A stretch of 63,646 nt of DNA, the filler included, from Platydemus manokwari (lineage: Eukaryota), in the NCBI GenBank assembly GCA_037951405.1. It is 5 parts of 5 records of this genome, joined end to end, with 100 filler letters (N's around TTAATTAATTAA, not from the genome) between each part and the next. Parts side by side here need not be neighbours in the genome. Positions count along the whole stretch, not along the records: positions 1 to 15,142 come from JBBMOY011338094.1; positions 15,243 to 29,647 come from JBBMOY011466974.1; positions 29,748 to 40,209 come from JBBMOY011113776.1; 2 more parts are not named here. One strand, given 5' to 3'. Position numbers and translations under genes: made by a program. Positions 13,351 to 30,741 of the stretch are shown here, piece after piece; the first letter of the stretch is position 1, and each line of letters starts with the position of its first letter. Under the pieces are notes generated by a model. That model was not told the DNA's origin and searched no databases. It saw only the letters and a program-made list of their open reading frames with translations.

Positions 13351-14313
13351 TAATATAATATAATAGTATTCATGACGCAATAACGTAAAACATTGCGTAA
13401 TCAATCAACATTTTTAGCAAGTATTAATGAGATTAAAAACAATTTTACTATCCATTATATATTGAATATTTGAGGTTGTAAAAATCTGACTTCATTTTTT
13501 AAACGATTGAAACGTAAATATTATTTGAATTAAATATTTTGTCAGATATTATTAAAATTAAAGATTTGATAGACATTGTTTTAAAATATCAAACTGACGC
13601 GCAACCAATACACAATAAATCTATTTGACAAAATAATAATCAATCGCTCCTATCAATCAGCACATTATTTACTGGTTTATTCAAAGTCTTACGAATTACG
13701 AAACAAATACATCATTGGAAACCGTAATGGTACAGCTGGCTAACTCTTGCAGCTAAAATAAAGAGAACGATTTTAAATCATCAAAGCTCCATTAAAGCAA
13801 TGCATTTTTTATAAATATAATGTTATAAATATAATCACGACGATCTCTCATCTGATAATTATCGAGTCACAAAAACAAAAATAATCTCTTTCAAACTTTA
13901 AATGTCTGTAATTACCATTGGTGTTATGAAATGGCAATGGTAGAGCAATATTGTCGAAGAACTAACCTGCAAAAAATTCATCAAAAATCATTTTAATGAC
14001 TCTTTGAGATGGTAAAGGTAATAAGTAATTAGAAACATTTAAATCGATTGTTATCCGATAGGCAATTGCATACACAATACAATTAATATCAAAATAAAGG
14101 CTTAAAGTGTCAAATTTCATCAAGGTAGTTTTACCAGATTACAATATTTACTTCAAAAATTTAATCGATTTACTAATCTCACTCTAATATTTAGCAGATA
14201 ATGAAATACAATTTTATCAAGCAAATCACAAACCAGCTTTAAAAAGACATATTTATAAGAAATTAAGTATATTTAAAACATCTTCAAGAAAAAAAATTAA
14301 TTCAAAAACCTAT

Positions 14314-14880
14314 CTACAATCCCATCATTTTCATAACTTCATCTTCAGAATATTCTGTCTCTGATTCATTTTTCTTATATTGGGTGGCTGCTTTAACAAT
14401 GTCTTCCATTCTTTTGCGACGTTTAGCTTCCACTTCCCTGTCGTAAACTAGAAAATATTCGGCATCTTGACGTAAAATTTGATTTTTTCTTAACTTTGAA
14501 TATTTTTCCTTTTCAGCCTCTAACTTTTTGCGCTCTGCTTCTTTTTCTTGAGCTCGAAACTCTAATAAAAACATTTAATAATAATTTTGTTAAAACAATG
14601 ACTTACTTTCTCTTAATTTACGGTGTTTCTCTGTCAATTTAGCTTCCATCTTCTCTTGATTTCTAACTGCTTCTAACTGCTTATCGTACGCTGCCTTTTT
14701 GGGTGCATCTGATAGAATATCATAAATGCTTTTCAGTTTATTAAATTCATCAGAGCTCCCAACTTTTAATTTATCAGGGTGGACTGATAGTGATTTTTTC
14801 TTGTAAGCTTTACGAATAACTTTATCTGAACTTTCTTCTGGAATCCCCAAATAAGCATAATAATTTTCAATTGGATTCAT
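14314..14880 (-). CDS. DNAJC17: DnaJ subfamily C member 17 / Cwc23-like J-protein (173 aa)
   Basis: Exons 14880-14607 and 14561-14314 with a 45-nt GTAAGT..TTAG intron. J domain (YLGI..KAYKKKSLSVHPDK..DILSD..KAAYDK) followed by the DNAJC17-type coiled coil KLTEKHRKLREKFRAQEKEAE. Confidence 0.8.
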
Positions 14881-15142
14881 AAATATATTAAAATAGATCA
14901 AAAGCAATAATATTCAAACAAACTTAATAGTTTCTGAAATCTAATATATATATAATATTCATTATATTACAATTTTATTATTTAAAATTTTTGAAATATT
15001 CTTTAATCAAAAGAATACAGTAATAAATTTTTTAAAAAATTTATTTTAGCGAAATTTATTTGATTCCTCCAGAGTATTTAATACTTTAAGATAGTGAAAA
15101 AATTTGATTATGTCTTAGACCTTAAAATATTGCACGTAATAA

Positions 15143-15242
15143 NNNNNNNNNNNNNNNNNNNNNNNNNNNNNNNNNNNNNNNNNNNNTTAATTAATTAANN
15201 NNNNNNNNNNNNNNNNNNNNNNNNNNNNNNNNNNNNNNNNNN
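15143..15242. other. Artificial scaffold spacer 44N-TTAATTAATTAA-44N
   Basis: Exactly 100 nt, with a six-frame stop linker at 15187-15198. Confidence 0.95.
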
Positions 15243-15649
15243 TGAAGATATTCTAATTTTAATATCTAAATAATCTTTGTTATTAATAACTAAATTTACT
15301 ACAGAATCATTATTTTCTTTATTTATTATTATATTAAATTCTAAAATATAAATATGTGTTACAAATAAAGTTATGATTTAAAAATCATTGCTATCATTTG
15401 ATTAGTAAATTTATAAGACACATACTTGAAATATCAACCTAAATATTAGCATAATTATTATTTATAATAAAAGAAATATATCTGTTTTATAATTTAATAG
15501 AATTATATAAGGCATTTTTAAACTACCTGTAAAACACTTAAATACTTTATTTAATGCATATGTTGGTTATCAATCAATATTTTAGATCTGAAAATTGTAT
15601 TAACTAAGATTTTATAATAAAAGCCTCAATAACAATAGAAAAAAAATTC

Positions 15650-15875
15650 ACAAAGTAAACCACTCGAAACAGGATCACCGCCGGAAAGTCAAAAACAAAA
15701 TGGAAAGTATTCAAAAAGACATATTACTAAAAATCACACAAAGATAAGCTAAATATCCAAGTTACCGACCAACAAGACTGGGAGATAGTCATGGATTTCA
15801 TCCTCTTTTATAAACCTGTCGGGTGTGTCTGCTTAATGTCACAAATCTTCGTTTTCCCTTTGCTGAATTTGTTTT
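15650..15875 (-). repeat. Solo-LTR-like repeat family A, partial copy
   Basis: Reverse complement matches 9160-9375 (AAATTCAGCAAAGGGAAAACGAAGATT...TTTATAAAAAGAGG...CCAGTCTTGTTGGTCGGTAACTTG). Confidence 0.65.
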
Positions 15876-16465
15876 TAATATAATTTGGTTTTAAATATAA
15901 TATTTCAAAATCATTTAACAGTTCTTGAGTTCCCGATAAGATTACTATAACCATTTCTTGTTTGATTTAGCTTACCTGTGTGAATTTTGTTTCTTATTTC
16001 CTGTTCTAAATCATAGTGAAAACTCTAAATGTAACCATGTTACAAAATAAGGACTAAATTTATATTTGGTGTATTAATATTTAATTGAAGAAGCTATACG
16101 ATTAAATTATGTGTTTTATTGGATTTCTTTTAGTTACCTTCTAAATTTAGATAATAATACTAATTAAAATTAAGTGTCAGATTTAGAAAATTCAGCTAAA
16201 ATGATTTTTCAAATATTAAAGGTATTTACATTGAAGTTCGTTATTTAAATTATTAAGGACATTGATAAAAGTTCGAGACCAAAAATATATAAATCTTAAG
16301 CTCTATATGTAAATTTCAATATTTTATTATAGTAAATTTTAAAAACTTTAATTAAAATATTTGTGCAGTATGTGTGTATTGTTTAAACCATTCAAACTTT
16401 ATTTATATTAGATTTAAAATTAATTTGAAAATTTAAAGTGTAGTTTTCAAGATTATTTTGATTTT

Positions 16466-22185
<5,720 letters not shown>

Positions 22186-22287
22186 TGTTGTGATAATCAA
22201 TTATTATATAATTGCTTTAAAGGTTTATTTTCATAATATAATTACATCTGTTGAGTTATTTGTCCATGAATAAGAAACCCATAATCA

Positions 22288-25200
22288 TTACCACGCGACA
22301 GTGTGATCGGTGTGGATGATTTCCTGAATGTTCATTAGCCGAGCAAATCTAAAACCGTAGCAGTGAATAAAATCCACCTTTTATCCCACTAAATATTCAC
22401 TTGTTAAAAGCTAGAATTTCATTGGTTAAATCTGGATTTGTATAACGATTTTCCAACGTTTGAGTGGCTCCTTCTCCTATAGTTTCGTATAACTGCTGCT
22501 CAATATCTTCTTTTTCGGAATTTTCAGTTGTTTTAGAAGATGTTGCATGAGATTCGGACTCACTTAGGAAGTTTGAGTTTTCATCAGTCACCATCTGTAG
22601 AGCCATATCTACATCGCCATTGACTCGTCTGAGGCAACGTTTGATCACTGATTTGTCAATATCAACGAGTTGTTGAATCTTGAACCAATTACAATAACTT
22701 TATTCTGGAAAACCATTTACTTGATTAATAGCATTTATCTCTCTCTCCACCGATTCATGACTAATATCGCCATCTACTACTTTTCCTATTTGTTGTTGAA
22801 GTGCAATATCTTTAAATAATTGCTCCTCATCGGTGAACAATAATTCCATAGCTTCTTCGAAATTGTTATTGGCTCGACGAATAGCCGCTAAGCATAGGCT
22901 TTGATTCATGTGCGATTGTTCAATCAATCGTTCCAACACGTTCAAATCAATTCTATTTAATAATAATTATTATTATTTCAAAAAAATATAAAGAATTGTT
23001 AAACACTATATATAATTAATTGAATTCAGCTTGAATAAAGTAAATTGACAAAATAAACAATTTCAACTCAATATGTAAGTATGCGATTTTTGTCCAATCA
23101 TATTATATTAACTCTATCATTTCAAAATCGGTTATTATTGTTATAAAAAATCAGTAAATAAAATCATTAAATGAAATTGTGATTTATCCTGTCATCATTT
23201 CGATCATAACTGCGGTTAGTAGAAGCTTGTCGTTATTTGAAATATTAAAATCACCCATTAAGACCGGTAAAAAATATATTTTCGAAAAACAGATTATTTA
23301 AACAAATTCTCCACACTTCAAGAGAGGTTTAAATAATGTCCACCCTGATCAAGATGGTATTAAAATATTTTAAATTTAATTGCCAGTGTCACAATTTAAG
23401 CCTTATCTCCATAGGAATTCAACATTTTCAATTTCTAATTCAACATTCATGGTTTCGTAATCAATTACACCTATCACATTACTAATATGTATTTCTTCCA
23501 TAGATATTCAAAAATAAACTAACTGAATTAATTATTATGCTACTAAAGTAAAACATTCAAAAGAAAAATTGATTCAATTACATTCGAATGCCATATGCGC
23601 GTTGCAGAGGGAAACAGATTTGTATCGTGACTAATATGCGTATTTAAATTCAACTACTCCTTTTCCTGGAATCCAGATATAATTAACTAATTGAATCTTT
23701 GAGAAATCAAATCTTATAATTTTTCTGCAATTTAACACATGGATTGGATCATTTCAACTTGGAGTAATATCGATATTATGATGTTATAATAGTTAAAATG
23801 TGTTACCGAAAACAAGTTGTCATAAACATTTATAATAATAAATTGTTATGTTAACCAATTTTTCATCAGTTTCAAACATATTGAAAATATTTCATATTCA
23901 TCACCTAATAATCAATATGAATAATTTATTTTTCTATTCTCTTTTGATTTTTTTTATCTTTAATATATATTTATTTCTATTTATTGATATCAATGAAATC
24001 ATTTTCTTTTTAGTATTATATTTCATTTGACACACACAGATACACACATATATTTGTGTGGCAAATGAAATAAATAATATATTTAAGCAAGAAAATCTTT
24101 ATCGGAGGAATTGACAGAAAAAACCTATAAACAAAAAGTATAAAATAGCATTAGAAATGAAAACGAAAATTTAAATTTCAGGTTTATATATAAAAACAAA
24201 AAAGAAAATTATGTAAATAAAATCAATAAACAAGATAAAAATATACTAAACGTGAAAGAATCAGAAACATAATAAAGATTCGTGAGTTAAAATGAGGATC
24301 AAATTATATCGAATTAGAGTTTAAGATCATTTGGTTGAAGGGTTCCGAAAAGATCAAACCGATATTAAAGGATATCTGCACTATACAGCTCCAAGACAAT
24401 TGTTAGAAAGGAATGCTGCAACTAAAATTATCATATCTCTGAGGGACATGCCATGATGAAACTCGAATGCAATTACAACACGTGACCGCGGATCATGTGA
24501 TATTTGATTTCATTGAAATTTATATCGGTTCGAATCCATCAAAATTCAATCAGTAGACACTTTGCACCTTTACAGTATCAAGTTACAAATTCTTTATGCA
24601 AGATCGAAGAATCTTTAGGAGAATTATACAAATAAATGGATAAACTTCAAAAATAAATATAATATTTGCTATTTGACTATATCCATCAGCTTTATAAGCT
24701 GAAGTTAACGGTTGTCAATGGCAACCAAAGGAAAATAATATCAAAACCATATTATATTCACCTCGACTTATCTGCAGTATTTCCAAGACGTTTTGCAATT
24801 TTGTCGCGAATTGCATCGTTTTGTCTCTTCAATTCCAAATTGTGTTTATCTTCTTCTCTTCTCCAAATGTAATCGATACATTGATTGATATCTTTACTGA
24901 ATCGCAATCCATCTATTGCTTGTTCGCGAGTGAATCCAAGAACCATTACTAAATGAAAAAAAAACCAAAAGTAAGAGAAACATTCATCAAACCGTTTCAT
25001 TTTAACCCTCAGTGATGAGCGACTCGGTAATGACGAAAGCATTGTAAACGTCCAAAGCCTAGAAACGAAAATTCGCAATAAACAACAAAAAATTCTCGCC
25101 AACAATAACGAAAAAGCAACCTTCAACAAGAACTCTCGACAATTTCCAATATCGCTTTCATAACAAGCAATAATAGCCTTCAACAAATACAATCGGTAAA

Positions 25201-26612
25201 CATTGACACTCTCAGGTATTCCTTCGAAGGATTTCTTTTCTCGAATTCGTCGAATTCTTTCATTTCCTTCACCGTAACAGTTTTTCATTCGTTGTTCACA
25301 CGTTTCCAAACGATTTTCTTGATGTTAGAAAGGAATATCAAATCGATTATCAAGTCAATCAATCACAACGAACTAGCATCGGTAATGTCATCAATACTTT
25401 CCAGACAATAATAGCACCAGACAATGTCCAATTGAAGAATAGCTGTGTTATCAATACTATCACAATATTGGCTTTTCCTAAAATAATCACCACCACCACC
25501 AACAAAAATGTGGTAAAAAAAAGAAAATGAATTCTGATAATGAAAAACAAATTCGTCTCACGTGAAAGCTTCGTCGGCTTCGAGACAAAAAAGAAGCGCA
25601 AGATGATATTGGCCATTGACAATCGATGTGATTGCTTGTTGATGCATGGCCAAACCAAAAGTCAAAAACTAAATTATTAAAAAGAAGAAAAAAAAAGAAA
25701 AAAAATAATTTTCTCATACTGACTTCTGATCTTTTGTTAACGATAAAACTTCTCCACTTTGATTTGTGATTTCAACATTCATAAATTCCGACACAAATCT
25801 ACCGTCTTAAATAATTAGTTGAATAAATAAACCAATATTTCTCCGGACAAATAATAACCTATGGCTCTCTTGGCTAAATATTCCACCATATCTTTACTTT
25901 TACCAAAATTCATAATCTCCTCTCGAGACTTGAATTCTTTTTCATTGATATGTAAAACCATTATTTTACAATTATTCTAGAAAAGTAAATATCCAACAAG
26001 TATACAAAAAATATTTATATTAATTTGAGATAAATTACGAAATAAAAAGATTAATTACTTAATAAATATTATTACAATATAACTTACATTCAATCCTTGG
26101 GTTATTAATTTTTCATTATCATTTATTAATTTTCCTTTGAAAATCATTTTGAAATTATTGTCGGTCAAAAATAACAAATTCGCAATTTCCCGTCGTAAAT
26201 CCGACCCATTACATTGATTGAAATTATTAATTTCCAATGTTATCTAATCCATAAATAAATATCAAAATAAATAACGAACAATTTAAATTTACATCCTGGA
26301 ATGATTTGGGTTGGTGGATTTTAATTGTACATACGTGTTCGTTTTTGTATTTTTCGACACTTTTTATGTTACTAAGAGCTTTAATTCGTAAATGATCTAA
26401 AACGTTTTCAATGTCAGACACATTGTATGCAAATTCTTTAGATAAAACTTCAGCGAGTACCTAAAAATTATTAGATTCTAAGATCATAGATTAATAATAA
26501 CTTTTAAATCTGGTCCTTGTTCATTTTCAATGGTGTAGGGACTATCACAGAGACGAATTTTATTTTTACGCAAATATGATTTTAATATTAATTCCAAATC
26601 ACAAAATTCCAT
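22288..26612 (-). CDS. NUB1: NEDD8 ultimate buster 1 (UBL + UBA protein), 618 aa
   Basis: 13 exons: 26612-26502, 26460-26293, 26243-26088, 25976-25859, 25805-25720, 25668-25562, 25477-25374, 25317-25121, 25058-25007, 24948-24762, 22952-22721, 22678-22401, 22348-22288 (1857 nt, all GT-AG, phases consistent). Motifs LRKNKIRLCDSPYT, UBL KMIFKGK, ITNQSG, DNTAILQLDIVWCY, KNCYGE, RLYLLKAI and three UBA-like repeats. Confidence 0.93.
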
Positions 26613-27509
26613 TTTGAATAAACATACATTAATATTAAAACAAATTGAATTTCAATCAAATAACTTCCTTACAGGAATATGTTGAACTTGTCTATGAAAG
26701 CTGAGATGATTCGTTTGCAAACAGTAAGAATAACTAATTTACATCACTCATTGTTCATGCTATGGACTTTCTTTTGAAGAAGTATTTTAAACTCATTAGC
26801 CATCTTATTATATCAAATTTTTGAAGAAATGATGAAGCGGATGGGAATAATCCCAATAGAAACTCAGTGTATCTCAAAGTTCAACAATATTAATAATTAA
26901 TTCTACTAGACTTAGCGAAACAATCATGTAGCTTCTAAAAGAGATTCAAACTGCTGAGTATGTGATGGATATCAAACACAAAAAACTTCTTTTAAAATAA
27001 GCTATATAACTTTTGTGAATATCATAAATGATTGGATATTAAACCCTAACATACTTTCGATCTCCTAAAATGAATTAGGTTTTATTTCATAATTGTATTT
27101 GTAAAATGATGTTTTATTTTACTCTTTTTGATAAAATTTTACTCTAATGATAGCATTTGCATCATTATAGATTTTTGTGATTATTTATTAATTATTCTAT
27201 TGAGTCCATCTTTTGTTTTCCAATTAACATTTTCAGAAATTTTTGAAATGTAGTTTTGTTCTCTATCTCCTGAAGGTCTCCTAAAAGTTTACTTATTTGG
27301 AAAATTTGAAAGTTGTAATATCGTTATATAATTTTTGTATTCTATAATTTAAGTTCAATATATTAATGTATAATTTCGACCCAACCAAATTATAAAATAA
27401 CTGGAAATATTAATATATAAATTTTTTTTGTCAAAAAAGGCAAAAACATTCATAAAAATTTTAAATTTATTTAGTTGCACCAAAATTTATCGATATTAAA
27501 ATAGAACTT

Positions 27510-28014
27510 ACTATGTATGTGTTGAGTGAGATGAAATTCTGCAAAAAGAAAAACAAAATTACACCTTGGAATTCTTGTTTTGGCACTTTGAGCATTTGCA
27601 TACCTGCACGACCATGCAGGCATGTAAATCGGCCAATTACAGTGAAGCTAGCTAGCAAATTACAATAGGGAAAAAGGGCATAACTACACAGAACACACAT
27701 CTAGGGATTGACCAATCCCATTCATGTAAAAACCTAAATCCTCAATAAGAGTTCAGAAAGGCAAACACCAAATCAAATTGTAGTACATCACGACACAGAA
27801 AGACGCACACAGATTGCAAGCATAAAAAGTAATGTAAAGATAGACAACTACCAGTTGGAAGCCAGATTTGGTGAAGTTATTGAGCTCATATTGATTTCCG
27901 AGATTTTGTCAGTGTACTTTGTATATTGATTTGTCGAGGTTTGTCAGTGTGTCTTGTATGTTGATTAATATACCTTGGAGGAGTCAGAGTTTGATATTTG
28001 TTAATACCCCGACA
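27510..28014 (-). repeat. Solo-LTR-like repeat family B, copy 1
   Basis: Plus-strand ends TGTTGAG (27520) ... CCCGACA (28014), with TATG on both flanks. Internal tandem duplication of about 35 bp (27899-27966). Homologous to 48015-48350. Confidence 0.55.
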
Positions 28015-29647
28015 TATGGAAAACAGAAATAACAATAATAGTTGCTAAAAATAGCCACTCTAACTAAAAATAGTGTTGAGAACAATAAGCAAAATAATAT
28101 AATATAAGCATAATAAGACAAATTCAGTCCACATATGATGTCCACTCATCTTGGAAAATTTTTATAATTTATTAAAAAGAAAATAATAATTAATCATATC
28201 ACCTTGGTGAATTAATGCATTACTAGGGCAACGTTCTTGGAGGTATTAACTCACCATGGTAGAATCTAAAAATCAAGTAAATTGCCAAGACAACTGCATT
28301 AAAAAAATTTTCTACAAAAATAATCAGCAGTAACTCCGAAATACGCCCACGCGGAGAAAATACTATTAAAAGATAAACTAAGGAAATTCGCCCACAAATT
28401 TACAATAACAATTCTTCAAAACTAGGAATCTGCACCTACTATTGAATTGAACCTATCTACGAAATTTACATTCACGGTACTTGCATCTACTTACGGAATC
28501 GAATATAGACATCCTGGTTATCAGATTGCTGAATTCAAATTTAGTGCAGAAGGAATCTCCTCGACACCAACTTGGGATACACGCGATAAATTTTCATTAC
28601 TTTCATGTCATACTCATACAACCAAGCAAAGTGCTATATAAGCAGATGCAAGTCATAAACAATGGCACAAAGTTAAGGAAAAGTTTCTCTAATAAAATTT
28701 CTAGTCAAGTATCGAAGTAATAAACTGTTAATTTTAATTTAAAAGGTACTAATGATGATTTACATTTTAAAGTAAAGAATATGAGGGATGAGCTAACTAA
28801 ATTGTCTTGATCTTTATGGTATAGTACGAACAAGAGAATTTATGATTTTTTCACAATAGAAAAACTAAATTATAATAAAATTAAAATACAAACAGTTTGA
28901 GAATTATGTAAATGTATGCTTTAAATTGTTTGTATAATGGATTAAAATTTGATTAAATTATTGAAAATACGAAAAATGAAATTCAACTTATTCAACGAAG
29001 TTGCTTCTTTAGCTAATGATATCTTTGTCAAAAATTTTCTCTTTTATCAAACAAAGGTAATTTTTTCAGCAGTAAAATAAAATTTTTGAGCATGTAAATG
29101 CTTATGATAATTACAATAATTTAACTCTTATAAAATTCTATTTACAATTACTTTTATATTTTCACATAAATACAATTTCGCTCAATTTCATAACCAAAAA
29201 AGTTCTATTTTCAATTATAAAGATTAACAATTAACAGGTCATTTAAATGCCCATATAATGATAATTGAGTTTAATAATTTCTGTTTTCAAAAACTTTGGA
29301 ATAAACAAAACACAGATTTTAAAAAACAGGAATTAACAACGATTCTATTAAATTGTTAAAAATCTCGAAAGTTTGTGCATAAAGTAATAAATTGATAATT
29401 TAATGTTCTGTCAATCGATTAGTGCGATTAATTAACAGCCTGTATCAGTGGGTTTTTGCTTATGAATTACACGATATGTACTTGAAATATATGGAAATGT
29501 AACAATGTATCATAAATGATCAACAATACAATAAAATATGTTCTGTTTTTAAATCTATTCATTAAAAATTTTATAATTCTTACGATACATCATAATATCC
29601 AATTTGTGAAAGCAAATCATCATAGTCATAGTAGATTCTCAAGGTTA

Positions 29648-29747
29648 NNNNNNNNNNNNNNNNNNNNNNNNNNNNNNNNNNNNNNNNNNNNTTAATTAAT
29701 TAANNNNNNNNNNNNNNNNNNNNNNNNNNNNNNNNNNNNNNNNNNNN
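29648..29747. other. Artificial scaffold spacer 44N-TTAATTAATTAA-44N
   Basis: Identical 100-nt spacer. Confidence 0.95.
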
Positions 29748-29773
29748 GAGAGAGAGAGAGAGAGAGAGAGAGA
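29748..29773. repeat. (GA)n microsatellite at contig edge
   Basis: 13 GA units directly after the gap. Confidence 0.95.
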
Positions 29774-30513
29774 TCATTTTAACAAGCTTGTAATGAAATA
29801 TTTGATAAAATGATTTTAAACGATTTCATAGAACACTGTTATAACGCGACATTAAAATAAAATAGGTGAAAGGAAATTTAAGATAATTTTATTGGTCATT
29901 TCTGCTTATTATTCTTTCATGGCGTTGGTTTTTGTCTATTTTTTTGTGTTGAGAAAAGAAGAATCTATTCCATTCAATAACTTTAACAAGGTAAATGAAA
30001 AGACCCATTGTTCGGTGGTGTGCAATAACCAATCTTATATTGAACGTGAACGGCATGATGAAAAAGAATATCTTACACAGAAAACCATTGTTGGGAGTAA
30101 ATTTGCTATTTTTAATTTGTGTTGAACGATTGATGGGATATAAATCACATCGTGATCAGGTTTTATTAATGATTTGCAATCGATAATGTGTTCTTATACA
30201 TTTTCACCCAATACGAATATCGATATTTTTGAAATTTATCAAAGCTGTTGTGATTCATATGAGTGCTGTAATGGAATATTTTTGAAAACAAATTGAAAAA
30301 ATGGTTTATAAAAGAAACCTACAATGTATATTCAACTAGTCATGTGACATGGAACTCGGTTAATGTCGTTATTTTTCCTGGAATGGATGGCATGTTATTT
30401 AACTAAATATATTGATATGTATATATGCTGGTGTTTACGCCAGTATTCATTCCATGATATATTTTAAAAATAACTACAAGTTTTACCCAGTCCGATATAT
30501 TTGCATTATAAAA

Positions 30514-30741
30514 TTAACCATCCGGGTCCTGTAGACCCTCATTTTGAAAATTTATGTCTTTGTTTTGCTTTGAGATATTTTTGATAGGATTGTGAAGGAT
30601 TATTTTACAGTTATATCTTCGGAAAAGTTTGGCGCGTATATTTTTAAAACGTATTGATCCCAACTGATACCAGAAATGGTGACAATAATTCCTTTGCGGT
30701 GTTTGCCACAATATATTTACGGCACAAAAAATAGATTCCAA
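30514..30741 (-). mobile_element. rosa-type mariner N-terminal HTH (DUF4817-like) relic
   Basis: TPQRNYCHHFWYQLGSI....RAKLFRRYN...NPIKNI...NFQNEG resembles the TxQQRxxIVxxYY..S....RxFRxxY...P...I....KF..TG pattern. Confidence 0.4.

Noticed and set aside
15187-15198. TTAATTAATTAA repeated four times in the window as a biological motif
   Set aside because: Always centred in 44N+44N; an artificial six-frame stop linker.
24453-24540. B-box GGTTCGAATCC and C-box ATGATGA in the long NUB1 intron (tRNA, SINE or snoRNA)
   Set aside because: No A box, cloverleaf or terminal D box; also antisense to the host gene.
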